64,000 bases of DNA from Camelus dromedarius (Eukaryota): NCBI RefSeq assembly GCF_036321535.1, contig NC_087437.1:52888001-52952000 (forward strand), given 5' to 3'. Below the pieces are notes generated by a model that was given only the letters and a program-made list of their open reading frames with translations, had not been told where the DNA came from and made no database searches. The translations under genes were made by a program, and so were the position numbers. The stretch's first letter is position 1, and every line of letters starts with the position of its first letter. Of this stretch, positions 12,051 through 25,789 are shown piece after piece.

Positions 12051-14344
12051 ATAAGTATAATTAACATCTTATAGCTGTCAAGAAATTCAGATACATGCCG
12101 AGTGCCCTCTGTGGGAAAGCAATGTAGTAAAAGTGAAAGCCAGAGGTCCTGAAATGATGCCACTACTAGGGAAGTGACAGAGGGCAAGTTTTCTTGGCTT
12201 CAGTTTCCTCATCTGTAACATGAGGATAGATTATCCATCAAAATGCTACTGGAATAATGGAATGAAATCATGTCTACAGAGCAGGCTTCTGCCACAGCTG
12301 TCATCACTGACGGACGGGGGTAGAAGTTGGAGATGGTGACCATCTATGTGAGGCCTCGAGCCATGAAATATGCATAAAGCACTAGTCTATGTGTATAAAG
12401 AGAAGCATGTGTGAATATATGCCCTCAGGTAGAAAGTATGAGCCAAGGTTCAGGGTACAATACAGGATTTAGGACAACTAATTTTAATCAGTTTTTTTCA
12501 AAATCCACAATATAACCCAGTAACATTAAGGTCTTACTCTCTTTTAGCTTGAATATTAATAGCTTTAGTCAAGTGATTTGAATTTGATTTGAATGAATCT
12601 GTGACAACAGGTAGCCAACAGATTTCTAGAACATCAAGATTTAAAATCTTAAGCTGAAGAGATTTGTGAGCAGAGAAAACATTTTAGATCAGGGTATAGC
12701 ATGGCCCTCCCTCTGAGTCTTTACTACCTTACCAAAAGCAGCACCACAACATCATTTTATAACACGAAGATCACCAAACTATTTTATAGTTATCCTTTGA
12801 TCCCAGACACCAAAAGCATCAGAATCTGCATGGCCAATTACTTAAACAGGTTTTATAAACTCCATAAGGTTCCGTGGGCACTGAATGCATTACAGTGGAA
12901 CTTTATCAGGAGTGCGATGTTCAAGGTTGCCGTTATTTAAGGAAACCCTTCTATGGTCTGTGAAGAAGTGTAAATTTGAAACTTGGGTTTAGGCTTGACA
13001 TTTAGAATACAGGCACCAGCAGCATGCTGTAAACCTGAATTTTTAAAGAAAATTCTGAAGAAGCGGGCAGAAAAGAAAGATGAAGACATTCTTTAGGACT
13101 TATTTTTGTAAAGTATCCAAACTTCATGCTAGCAGAACAGTAGCAAGGGCACCTGCTTTCCACGGTCTCACCCCTCCCCACTCCTGTCGCTTTCCTAGCA
13201 CCTTCAAAGGTGACCTCCACAAATCACTTCCTTGATGGCTCTGAGATGGCACGAAACCACCCAGTTCTGTAACCAGAGCCTGAGCAGCTGGCAGGCCCAA
13301 TCACCTCACTTCCGCCCAGTGCTCATCTTCTCACTTTCCAGCATGAAACTCTAGAGGTGGCCTGGTACGGCCCCCTCAGGAGAAGGTACTTCCGAATGGG
13401 CACCAGCCAGCAGCCCTCATCCCTTCCCCCCAGCATAACTTTAAGGATGCATAAAGCTTGCAGGCCTGGGATCTGCAGAACAGATTCTGTAACTGGGATT
13501 GTTCCGTCCTGGTTTGTTTTGAGGGAGCGAGAGTGGCACAGGGGAGCTTAAGGGTAGGTCACAGAACCAACATATTTGGAAGAAAGATTCTCTCCGAGCT
13601 TGCTGCCAATCACAGCTTTTATTTGTAGAGATTAGTAACATAATTCAGTTCTTGTCCTCAAAATACATTCTGTGAACTTTACTCACTGACCTTCATTCGA
13701 ACCCCCTCCCCCATTCCACAGTCCTTTTGAAGTTTCTAAGAATGTGTTGTATGCACAGTACAGCTATGACATAATGCCTCTTGTTTACTGAGGCAGGCAA
13801 TCACTGTCAGTGGAGGGGCGGCATGGTTCCTAACAGACCTCTTCTTCCTCTCGCTGACCATCCCACCCACCCTCACTGGTTCCCCCGGCAGAGCTCAGGC
13901 CATAGTGAACTCACAGTTGGCGAGCAAAAGGGGACTTCTGACTACCGAGCAAGCCTACATTCAATAGGTTACAGATTAAGGCTTTTTCAGTGCCAGTTTA
14001 TTTAAAGAACCAGTTATTTATTTATTTGTCAGATTTATATAGCGCCTTTCCTCCCAAGAGCTCACCCACGCTACTAACATTTGGTTTACGTTATGAAAAC
14101 CGTTAGATGCTTTTTCTGCATTTCCTTTTCAGTTTCTGCTGCCAACACACAGAGTAAACACAATGCTTAGAGGAAAAAAAGGAGAAAAGTGTGGATTCAA
14201 CGAAGGCTACACAGTGGCTCTGGGTGCCAGGTGAAGTAGTGACGGTTCAGAGGCCAGCTGAGAGATGATACAGAAAACTGGCCAAGAAACCAACACCTCT
14301 TAGTTAATATTTCCGTTCAAGCTAAGAGAAGATAGAAAATAGAA

Positions 14345-14570
14345 GAAGCAGTGTAGCTGGGTTAAGAGGCTCCGGCTGCAAAAAAGTCAGAACATCCTGG
14401 GCTGAAATCCAGTCTTTATCACCTGCTAGCTGTGTGACCTTGGGTGAGTTACATAACTGCTCTGAGCCTCAGTTTCCTCACTAGTAAAATAAAGACAACC
14501 CAACTGTAAAGATTACATGAGATAATACACGAAAGAGGGCCGGGCACACTGCTAGGTTCTTGATCTATAT
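14345..14570 (+). mobile_element. MIR SINE
   Basis: Core AGCTGTGTGACCTTGGGTGAGTTACATAACTGCTCTGAGCCTCAGTTTCCTCA. Confidence 0.8.
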
Positions 14571-15259
14571 TACCTTCAGACATCACCACCAAATACCCAA
14601 CTGCTACCCGCCCAGCATGCAACAGCTAAACTCAGAAGTTAATGCAAATGTAAGGGAAGATTTTAAGGAATTGGAAGACTATCACACAGAGTCCTCTGGC
14701 TGCCTAGTCAGTATCTAGTCTCCTTTCTCAGAAAGAAAGTGCTGATTTTTTTTTTAATTCCAGGCGGCAACATGCCATCCAACTTCACATTAACATTTAT
14801 CTTCCTGCCATATACCAAGAGCCAGGCACTGCTGCCAGAGAAAACCCAAACACTGTCCCTAAAAGCCCACCAAAGAACTCTGAAAGAGCTCTCAGGACTC
14901 TGAGGCCTGTCAGCGCTGCTTAAACTCAAATTGGCCCTTCTAACCTGTGATAAAACAGACGAAGAAAAAAATGTCCTTTAAAGGCCTAGATATTTGATTT
15001 CTCAAGATCAAATATGGAAGAAAGAAGGTGATGTAAAGACAAGATGTTCCTAGGAGAATAGATGGTGACGGTATTAGTTTTTTGTGTACAACATTAATAA
15101 GTCTAATAATGAAGATTAGGGATAAAGGGAGATGTATATTTTTAAAAGTTAACATTAGTTTCTAAGTTGTGGTATCTACATCATTTTAGGAAGATTCCTT
15201 TAGAATAGTTTTTTATGAAATATAAAAATGATTTTTTAAAAAGTAAAATTGTCATGAAA

Positions 15260-15460
15260 GCTAACATTTACTGAGTACATTCTCTGCCAGTGTGACTTCA
15301 TTGAACTTACCCAATGATTCTATGTGGTATCTAGTATCCCCCCATTTTCAGATGAAGAAACCAAAGCTTGGAGAAGTTAAATGCCTGCCTGAGGTCACAT
15401 AGATAGGAAATAGCAGAGTTGGGATTCAGGTCTGTTAGTCTCCAACTCTAGAGCCACTGG
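15260..15460 (-). mobile_element. MIR SINE
   Basis: CCCATTTTCAGATGAAGAAACCAAAGCT...GAGGTCACATAG. Confidence 0.7.
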
Positions 15461-15849
15461 CCACTGTTTATATAATTGTTTCTATAATTGCTTTTAAATA
15501 CCCTCTCAATGACATTTAAATAAAAATCCCGTAGTCCAGGCAGCTAGAAAATTCCTATGGTTCAAAGCTAAGAAATACATTTTTTAAAAAGATATTAAAA
15601 AAAAAAACAAACTCCAGGATTGATGAAAAACACTTTAAACTGAATTTTGATTTGTGGTCTTCTGAAAAGTTTTGGGATACAGCTAAAGCAGGAGTTGGTT
15701 AGGGAGCTCAAATAATTGTCTCAACCAGGATATTTTGGGGGGTAAAAGGGTAAGCTATTAGCAATTACTTTCATAAACCATAAACAACCCAGGAAAAACT
15801 TGATGTATGGTCACCCCAGCCTTAGGAAAATTTTTCTTTGGCTGTATGT

Positions 15850-16970
15850 TTAATTGTTAGCTTTTTTCCTTTATAATATGGGCAAATCATCCAACCAAAT
15901 AAGTTAGAAAAACAGAATAAACTGAAAGAAAATAGAATAAAATACTTCAGTAGGATCAGAAATCAATGAAAATAGAAAACATCCAATACTATACATCAAC
16001 AATACTTCAATAAAATTAAAAAAAATCTCCAGTAGAAAGAATGAGCAAAGCCAGTTAATCACTCGTCTTTTCAACAAAGTATCTGCTAAGACTAAGATGG
16101 TCTAGATAAAAAGCATCAAATGAAAAAGGGATAAACAGATGCTATAGAGGATTTTAAAAGGACATTATGAACAGCTTTATGCCAATTAATTTTTTTAAGG
16201 TTTATTTTTGGAGGGGCTGGGGATTGAACCTAAGACCTCGTGCATTCTAAGCACACACTCTACCACTGAGTTATATAACCTCTTAATTTTAAAACTCACA
16301 GTACAGAAAAACTGCCCCCCCAATTTCATTAAATTTACTCAACTAAATAGAAATCCAGAGCAAGACCATAAAAGATGAAGATGCTGAACCAATAATTAAA
16401 AATCTTCCCACAAAGAAAATATCAGGCCCAAATGGTTTTACTGGTCAATTTTTCCAAAAATTCAAGGAATGAAAAACCTAATTTCACATGAGCTATTCCA
16501 GAATATATAGAAAGGATACCCTCTACACATTTGAGTATAACCTCAATGTTAAAAACCCAACAAGGACAATGTGAGAAGGAAAAATTACATGTTCTCAATC
16601 ATAAATACAGATGCCAAAGTCCTAAATATATATTGGAAAAACTAGTCCAAGAATGTAATGTATAAATGATAAACCCAAGTTGTTATGTATTATCACAAGA
16701 ATATGAGGTTGGTTTCATAGAAATCAATGTAATTCACCACACTGAAAAATGGAAGAGTATTTGTTTGATCCTCTCAATAGAGGCAGAAGAAGTGTCTGGT
16801 AAGATTCAACATGCATAAATATAAAAGCATCTTAGTACACTAAGGGGTAGAAGGAAATTTCCTCTAGCTTGATTAAAAAGGTAACCAAAAAACCTATAGT
16901 AAACATGAAGTACAGAAAACAAGTCCTCTTAAGATTCAGAACCAAAAAAGCCCATACTCTAGCCATTAGA
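15850..16970 (+). mobile_element. Degenerate L1 ORF2 fragment
   Basis: CTTCCCACAAAGAAAATATCAGGCCCAAATGGTTTTACTGGTCAATTTTTCCAAAAATTCAAGGAA corresponds to the L1 ORF2 PTKKSPGPDGFTGEFYQ.FKE motif. Confidence 0.85.
16191..16282 (-). mobile_element. vic-1-like SINE inserted in an L1
   Basis: GGGGATTGAACCTAAGACCTCGTGCATTCTAAGCACACACTCTACCACTGAG matches the other copies. Confidence 0.85.
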
Positions 16971-19900
16971 AGTACATTATTCAGTCTGTCAAAGTAAGTT
17001 CCATTAAGCATCTATGAAACTCAGTTTCGGATCCCAAAGTGAATTTGTGCTGCTGTATATAACATGCTGTTAACAGGAGTTCGTGGAGAAGGGACAGGAT
17101 GCGTCAGACTTCATTGATGGCTAAGCTATAAATGTGACTCACAGTCAAGTTCTTCCCTCTCTAAAAACTACAAAATGTGAAAGACAAAAATGAACAGCAA
17201 TTTATTAGGGATAAACTTTGAGAGGAAGTAGAAGCAAGAGGAAAAACTTGAGTATATTAAATCTCTCAATCTATCTGGCATCTTTAGGGAATAAGTAGTT
17301 TTCAATTAAATCACAATTCCAGAAAACATAAGCTCGTCCCTGAAGTTTTGATCACAATCCCTGAGAAAGAGAACCTTCTCAAATAGGTCACTGACTCTTT
17401 TAGATGGTGTGGCACACAACCAAGCCTTTCTTGACTCTGGGGACTTGGCTCTGACCCACAATTCCAGGCTGATAGCCTATCATGACACTGATGCTCTAAG
17501 GAAGCATCAAGAAGTAGAGGATTTTTCTGCCATCAAGGGTATCTTACATGTTGTCCTTTCTTAAGTTTTTGCTTCTTGGTGCCACACAAATGAGAGAGCA
17601 ATGTATTCCAAAATTCTTAGATGATGCATTTCTTAGTGGAGCCCCTTCAGATGAAGTGTGGGGACTCAACTTGAGATGGTATAACAAATGGAATAGTAAA
17701 GACAAAAACATATCTGGCCAGTACTATGGGCATAATATAGGAAGATTTTCTAAGCTCCTCACCCAGCACATGTAAACAGCATAAACAGCACAATGAAAAA
17801 TCTCGTGAGATTGGGAAGGCATGAAAAGCACTCCTCCTCATCACGGAGCAGCTGGTCTTGAAGGATAAATGGAACATGTCTGAACATGCCAAATCACATG
17901 TTTTTTTTCCCTCCTGGGAGTTTGGGGGAAATCACAAATATGTCACAGCTTTCAAACACAATATTTACCTTCTAAAAATAAATTGAGTTGTGAAGAATTA
18001 TACTAAGATTATACCAAACATTAAGAATGTACTTTTGACTAGATTATGTCTTAGTTGTTTAAAGTATAATCTTAGCAAACTACTACTATTAAACATATAT
18101 TGAAGACAAGCTATTGGGCTAAATGTGGTCTAAAGGGGATCTAAATCATGATTTTTTAAACCTCAGAGTTTGCTCTATTTCTTCAACTGAAGAAGTAAGA
18201 CACTCTGAGCAAAACAAAAGATAGGTGTTACAACATGGGTTTAGATAAGTGATGCAGGAATTAAGTAGGATTTTGTAGTTTTAAGGGATGGATAAAGTTC
18301 TGGCAGTTTAGGAGATAGAGATGGATAAAATTCAAGGTCAAAATGGATTTCTCAAGGTCCCTTACTCAGCTCTTAGTGGACATTAATGGTTGTTAGCAAA
18401 CCAACCCCCCCATCAAAGCATAACCAGAATGGTGTACTTATATGTTAATGTTTGGTTTCTAAATGTAGGACCCTGTATTTGGCTATGTGACCTTTTGATA
18501 GTCCTTTAGACACTCTGAGGTCTGATTTTTCTTTAAAATAGGGTTTTTTTTTTAAATTCCGCCTTGATTACAGAGCTGTTTAAAAAGCTCAAATAAGACA
18601 GTATTTCCTTCTATCCTGCAAAATACCACATTTTTGTTATGGGTTTAGTCTTGAAGAAATAGTCCCACCAATTTAAATAAAAAGTTAGCAAAGAACAAAC
18701 TATAGTTACTAACAAAAGTAATCAACCCCACTTTCCACTTCTAGCAGGCATAAGTTTTTAAGTGTGATTATTAAGCTTGTTAGCATACATGACTGCAATT
18801 CCTATTACTTTTAGAAAATCAGAACAGGGATTTTAGTTCGTCTCATTTTCTATGTGCCATCCAGTATCTACAAGCAAAATCACTTGTCATGTTTTTGATT
18901 TTGCATCACAGATACCACATTATCTCAATAATGGACAAGGGCAATAAGAACAAATTTCAGAGTACTGGGTGCTTGATGCTTAAAAAACAGGTGGGTTGGA
19001 ATTAGGATATGTATGGGGGTAGAAGAGAGCAGAGTCATGATTTATGATTTCTTAAATGTGTGACAATAATATTTCCAGTTCCTGTCCCAGACCCACAACA
19101 TGATTTCTGGGATGGAGCAAGAAATCTGCATTTAACCCTCTACAGAGACTTGTGTGCACTCACAGCTGTGAGACTACAGTCCCTCCTGCAGAAGCCTGAG
19201 CTCCCAGTCTTGTTTTTCTTTCATCCATTCAGGTGTCTGCAGAACACTCTGCCCTTCACTCCAGTCTCTCAAGGATCTCTGTATCACCTACCTCATGTGT
19301 GTGAGGTCTTGTCATTTCAGACCCATCATTCCTAAAGGCAGAGGGTAACCAGGGGAAGTAAGTGTGAGATGGAAAAGCTGAGTTCAGGGAGGAATCATCC
19401 CCCCCAAAAATACCTACTTTCTGGTTCCTGCCTTTGGACACCTGAGGACAGACACCCTAAATCTTAGGGATCAAATGTCCTCCTTTTGGGAGGAGGCTGG
19501 GTTGCCTGGAGACACACCTACTTCATCACTGAGACAGGCTGTCTGCCAGGGCTTCAAGAGGACAAATAACCACCAGCAAAATTAGGGTATTTCTCCCCCA
19601 GTTCAGTTGACCATTGACATTTGTTTACCCAAGCCCCCTGGATAGGAAACATACTGGGGGGAAATATGAATAAAAGAGATTTAACATAAAGTTAATCTTC
19701 CTCTACGTGTGATATAACAAATACAAAGTTTGCTAATTATTTCAAATATTGCATGTATACCCCACCCCAACCCTGCTCCTCCATTAATAATCCCTTCAGA
19801 AAATCAGAAAGGTCGTTTAAAAACACAAAACCAAAAAAATTATCATAATAAAAATGGTATCCTGGCCCGAGTTCACAAACTGGCAGGCCTGCAGGATGAC

Positions 19901-21304
19901 TTTGCCCACAGAGAGGTTTTGTTTAGTCTGCAAAGTGTTACTGCTGTTTTCAATTTGAATTAGTGGCTGACTAAGAAAAACAAAACCAAACCTGGAATTT
20001 CTACAGAAAAATCCAAATTCCCAAATTCTCTTGAAAAAGTACAAGACTGTTAATACAAGGTATTAGCCACCACAAAGCTTTTGCTTGTTATCTCCTTCCG
20101 CTGAGCTCCCTGTCGAAACGGAGGCCCACCACTGAGCCAGCCCCCCAGCCAACACTCTGTCCTCAGGCCGTGTGTACCGTTGGCGTTTGTGGCCCCTGGC
20201 CTCATCAGGAGAATAGACACTAACCAGCCAAATTGTGTAGTTCTTTATGGTGACTTTTACAACAAAAGGGGAAGGGAATTGGAATCAGACAAGAGTGCTT
20301 ACTTTTTTTTCCCCTGCATTTCATCTAGAAATAAAGAAAATGACCTCCAATTAAATACTAGCAGGCGTCTGGGTTGGACCAGCCAGGGGAAGATACACTC
20401 ATACGTCCTTCCTCTCCTGTACTCCTCCCCCACACCCACCAATGCAGAGCAAGCAAGACAGGACAAACAACGGTCACCATCCTGCGGCCCTTGGTAACCA
20501 CAGACAACTACCGCCTACGTTATCTCCTCCTCCCAGAGAGACTTGAAATAAAAAAGACAGGCCCTCAAAACATCCTCTATAAAGGGAGGCCACAAGCATC
20601 CAAAACTTTAGAATACTGCAGATAATGGATTTTGAAGGCTGGGACCTAGGAGGTTAAGTTTGGTGTTTGCAAAATAAGTTCCCTTTACCATTTAGTCTTT
20701 CTGAGATTGAATGACTCTGAACAAGTTTCTCCTGATGCCTCAATTTCCTTAAGAATGTAGAACTACCTGGAGTGAAACAGATCTCTCTATGAAAAGTAGA
20801 AAATTATAAATGAGGTCCTTAACTGATGCCCTGTTGTGACAATATGTTAAACTCAAGGGCATAGTAATACCTCATAACTCGGCCATCTTCCCTAATACAT
20901 AAGATGGCAATAAAGTATTTATGAGTACCATAAAGCAAGGTGTGGTTCTAGCAGGCAGTATCCAGTGAGGAGCCAGGAAACCTGCCCTCAGTGAGGGTCA
21001 ACAGGTTGTGTGTCCCGAGCAAGTCCCTCCTCCTTTACCTCTACAATGCGAGGACAGTGCTAACTACTTCTCCCTATGTACTTCGCAAAGATGCTGTAAT
21101 GTCTATAAACCATTTGCAGTACCTCAGGAACCGGGTGACAGAGAAACAGGTCATATTCGTATTAGTAGTCTTACCTCACAAGATGCCTCCATGGAATGGG
21201 AACTTTAAAGATACCTGGGAAGTATGACTAACTGCTTCCCCTTCTCCCTGTGAGGTAAAGGGGGCGGGATGGAGGTGGTAGAAGAAGCCCAGATCGGCAC
21301 CCAC

Positions 21305-21589
21305 CTCTGTTCTGATGGATACTGGTTTTCAGGCATCATCTTTGGCATCTGCAGGGGCTGATGTGGCGGCCGGGGAACCGCAAAGGTTTGCTGCTGTGGT
21401 CCAGGCTCTGGAAGTGAATGAGGGGCGGGGGCAGGGCCCACACCTTGTACTGGGCCAGCTGCAGGGGCATGTGCCGAGGTGGGCAGTGATGCCTGCGGTG
21501 GAGGAAATAGGGAACTCTGGGAGGGTGACAGTGGGGTGGTAGGAGGGGTTAATGGCTTGAACCCCGAGGGAGGCTTCCTATCATAGGCA
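21305..21589 (-). CDS. ETV5: ETV5 exon 7 ([12 protein letters not shown]...NQYPSEQR), 285 nt
   Basis: Acceptor TTACAG|TGCC, donor AGAG|GTGGGT; lies within ORF 21205..21765. Confidence 0.96.
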
Positions 21590-22499
21590 CTGTAAACAGA
21601 AAAAGAGAAGGAACCATTAAGCTGCAATGAAGCCATTAGCATGGTCACCCGGTCCAGCAGAACGCTAGGTTGCAGCCCACAGTTGCCAGGAAATGACAGC
21701 ATTAACATAGTTAAATCGCTGGCAGCCCCGAGGGAATATTTGTACCTCTGAAAAGTGACAAACACACTGCGTCACAGGGACTTGTTTAACACTTCGAGTG
21801 ATTCTTCTCAAAGATAATTTTAGCCTCTGCTTCCGGTTTCTTTTTTCCCCTTTTCTAAAAGAATTCTCCACGTATGCATGTGAGGAGGTGGACGAGGGGA
21901 GAATTTATGCCTTGGGAGGAGTTTTCTAGCCCCCCTCTTCCAAGTATTCCAGGGTTCCCAGGAATAAGAATCTCTGCTAAAGATAAATTTCTGCTATAAC
22001 TCCACTTGAATTAACAACTCTGCTCCTCCCCCTTTCAGGCAGATCTATGTTTGTCTTCTAGAGCAAAGAATGATTTAAAATTAAAGCTTCTTCCTGGGGC
22101 CTGGATATTCTTAAGTAAAGGGCACAAGCATGGGGACTTTTTCATATATTCCGATTTGAAGATTACTTCTTTGGTGCTTAAAGTTCACATTAACATATGA
22201 TAGACATGAAGAAGTATATATTCCCTCCCTCGAAGCCACAGATCAAATATCCCAGCATTTGAGGTTCTTCCCCTTAGGAGGGCTCAGTACCCCATGAACT
22301 CAGTTCCCCTGTGGGGCTGATTTAACAGTTTTGCATTTTATGTGCAGCACAAGAGCCCCATTTGGCCTGGCTCACGCCTAGAGGATCACGACACTGTCCC
22401 GAGAGACAGGGTGCGCTCCCCTAAGTGTCTGCTGAATAATACTTGAAACAAGCAGTGTGACGGCCGCTTTCTGGCCAGCCTTTCCCTGGCTCCACTTAC

Positions 22500-22629
22500 C
22501 AATAGTTGTAGAGGCACTTTTCTCCATAATTAGCACCGAGAGCCTGCTCATGGCTGCAGGACGACAGCTCAGAGGAGGGGCTGTGCAGCTCCCGTTTGAT
22601 CTTGGTTGGAGGTGGGGCATGAAGCACCA
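22500..22629 (-). CDS. ETV5: ETV5 exon 6 ([14 protein letters not shown]...EKCLYNYC), 130 nt
   Basis: Acceptor TTTCAG|TGGTG, donor ATTG|GTAAGT; contains the IKRE SUMO consensus. Confidence 0.96.
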
Positions 22630-24805
22630 CTGAAATCAGAAGAGGAATGAGGGAGGAACAGAGAGAGGACAGCTGATTAACAGGGAGCACAATGCTTCCT
22701 TCTGCAAACCCTATACTAGCTGATTGTTCTTGGAACCCGTGTCAAGTCACGTGCCAGAGAAAGCCTAACACACAGCCTTCCATCTAAAACCAGTGAAGAG
22801 ATTTTTAAAGTCAGAAATCATCATCTGACACTTTCAACTAGCCAAGTCTTTTTGTCTAAGTTCCTTTGGTATTGGGTCTGCTTCCCAGAGGCTCTGAAGC
22901 CCTTAAAAATCCTATGGGTGATGCTTCTTCAAGAAAAATGCAGGTGTGACAGAATACCAAAGGTTGTAGATGAGAAGAATTTTGCTTTTGAAAAGTACAA
23001 AACAGCCCAAAATATACTGGTGGGCATTACATATTAGCTTATCAAAGGCTTAAAATTGCTCTGGCAAATACATTCCTTATTCAGAGGCAGACTTACAAAT
23101 TAAATACATGACCCAGCAACTCTAAGTATTAGCTCTGAATAAGAAATACTCGACTTTGGGGCATTTCAAAAATCTTAAAAGCAGAGGAAAACAACAATGG
23201 ACGGAACCACAACCTGGGAGAGGCTAAACCACACAGGAGGAGGCCTGGAAACCTCCGTGCTCTTGTCTGCTCTGCCTTTCCTAGTGCCCAAGCAGGAAAG
23301 GCAGGCTTTCCCAACCAACCCTTTTCCAGATGGTGCCAATTACTTTTCCTAAATCAATGAACTAGTGCACAGAGCTGTTGTTTTACATTTGGAAGTCAGC
23401 TGCATATTCCATGTGTGATTCTGAAAGGCAAGGTAGTAAGAGCTTTTCAAGTCAAGGTGACTTACATGCAATGGCAAAACCAAACAGAACCAAACCAGGT
23501 TTGCCTCTCCTGTCTTATCTAGGAGCTAACTCATTTTAGAAACGGTGCTTTATCCCAAGCAGAAGGACAAACTCTAAATAGGCTGTACTACGAGGGCTGT
23601 CTTCTAGCGATGGGTTAGAACCGCCACTCCGTCCAGCTACCTGGGAGGGGAGGGAGGGAATGAGTTAAGCTTTCCTGCCGGCCACTCTCCACTGGATCAG
23701 AGTTGTCACTAACTGTGGCTAGTGCTCTGGTGACCCACTAAATTTTCTGTTCCACTCAGTGTTTACTCCTAAGCCACTTTCAGGAGCTTGATTTTCTTAG
23801 TGATTATCATTTTGCTGATTCTACCTAATATAATCTCTTTTCTGTCTAATAAGATGGAACAATCTTCCCCACCAACTGGTTCCTCAGGTGTCTCCTCCAA
23901 CCCCAGACTCTGGACTCAGAAGTGAACAAATGAGATGGAAGACTTGATCACAGATGACAAGTTTATAAAGCAAAGTCCTGCCATAATTCCTTTCCAATAC
24001 AATGCCAACTGCTTTTCCCAAACACACAGAGTAAGTTCAGAACGGGCAGATTATATTTAGAAATCATTAGAGTCTCTCTCATGATTTTTTGATGGTGACA
24101 TCATGGCAGCCAACCCTCAATTGCTATAAAGTGTTTCCAGACATTCAGACACAGAAAATTGCTACACTTGTTGTTGTTATAATGTTGTCAGTAAACGAGC
24201 AGGGAGAATCACACAACGTGACACAGAAAACCATTCCTCCATACTCCGTGTGTTCTCGGCACTGCCCCTCTGTCACTGCCTTTCCTCTTACCAGTCTCCT
24301 GCCATTAAGGTTTTGGCAAAATAATGAGGAAACGTGGTGATACCCCAATGCAAACTGAAGTTACATGTCCTGGAAAAGTCCACTTTTCTTACTTTATCTA
24401 AGGAAACTCATTTATAGTTGTTTTACCTAAGTTTAGAGAGTAAACAGTTATGGCATTATTCAGTTGGTCTCATTTCCAGTTTTAGAAATGTTTTGACATT
24501 TTCACAGTATTTTATAAAAGTTACCAGTTCTTCTGACAAGACTAATACCGGAGGGTAAACCAAAGATTCCCAGAAAGAAAACTTTTATAATGGCTTCAGG
24601 ATGGCATATACCCATTTGGAAAGAGAATCTAAACTTTTGGCTAACTCTGATGTCATGATTTTCTTCGAACCTACACAGTATTCTTAGTGTGTACCACACC
24701 ATTTTGGCTCTAAATTATATGGTATCTTCTACCATACCAAACTGTCCTATACTTGGAATCTTATGTTCTCTACCCAAAGGAGGAGTTCAAGAAACATCTG
24801 ATATG

Positions 24806-25087
24806 TGCTATGATCTGAATGTGTGTGTCCCTCCACCCCCACCCCCAAATTCATATGCTGAAATCCTAGTGCCCAATGTGATGGTATCAGGAGGGGCCTT
24901 TGGGGGTGATTAAATCATGAGGGAAGAGCTACCTGAGGGCCCAATAAGAAGTCTGTGGCCTGGAGGAGAGCCCTCACCTGACTAGGCTGGCATGCTAATC
25001 TTGAACTTCTAGTGTCTACAAGAGTGAGAAATAAATTTAATAGCTATCCAGTCTGTGGTATTGCAGCAGCCTGAATAGATTAAGACA
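24806..25087 (+). mobile_element. MaLR solo LTR (MLT1-type)
   Basis: Starts TGCTATGATCTGAATGTGTGTGTCCC...AAATTCATATGCTGAAATCCTA and ends AATAAA...GCAGCCTGAATAGATTAAGACA; near-TSD ATATG/ATAAG. Confidence 0.85.
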
Positions 25088-25789
25088 ATAAGTGATCAGA
25101 TTGTTTGCAATTAATTCTTACCTTGAAGGCAGGGACTACATCTACCCTTTAAGGAGAGGTACAATGTTAGTTATATAGTTTTTCCCCCAGGGCAGGAAGG
25201 AGAGAGAGGAGGGTGGAACATGGCAGGAATGAGAATTGGGAGGTTGACAAATGACAGGAAAGCCATCTGGGGCCCTGTGAGGGCTAAGGAAGAAGGCTCA
25301 GCTCTCCAAAGGGACTGTTGGGCCAGAAGATGTATGAAGGAGCCTGTCTGGGGTACGCGTGAGTTAGGGATAGTGATGTATCTTCAGCAGGAACTTAGGA
25401 GCCTAAGGAATGGTTCCTGCTTTCAGTCTGTTCCCTCTCTGTAAAATGAGATATGTGATGCTGCCTTGAGAAGTAAAGAAAATGGCCCAGCACCTTACAG
25501 ATGGTGCTATGATGTTGTCTAATTATACACTGTGCTTTCAAAAATAGAGTATTTACCTTCACACAGGCGACTTACTAAACAATGACAGAGACCTACGACT
25601 AAAAAGCCTGGCAACAAATTGCAATTTAAAAAGGAGCATGAACTCCTGAGGAAGTTTGAAGAGAACTATTTGAGTTGGTAAAGTCAAATTTCCTAATTAT
25701 AGAAAATGTTTAAGCTCAGTAATAGAGGATGGGCCCTGACAACAGTTCCTGGTGAATATGGACCACCCTCCATGTTGGAGAGATTTCTT

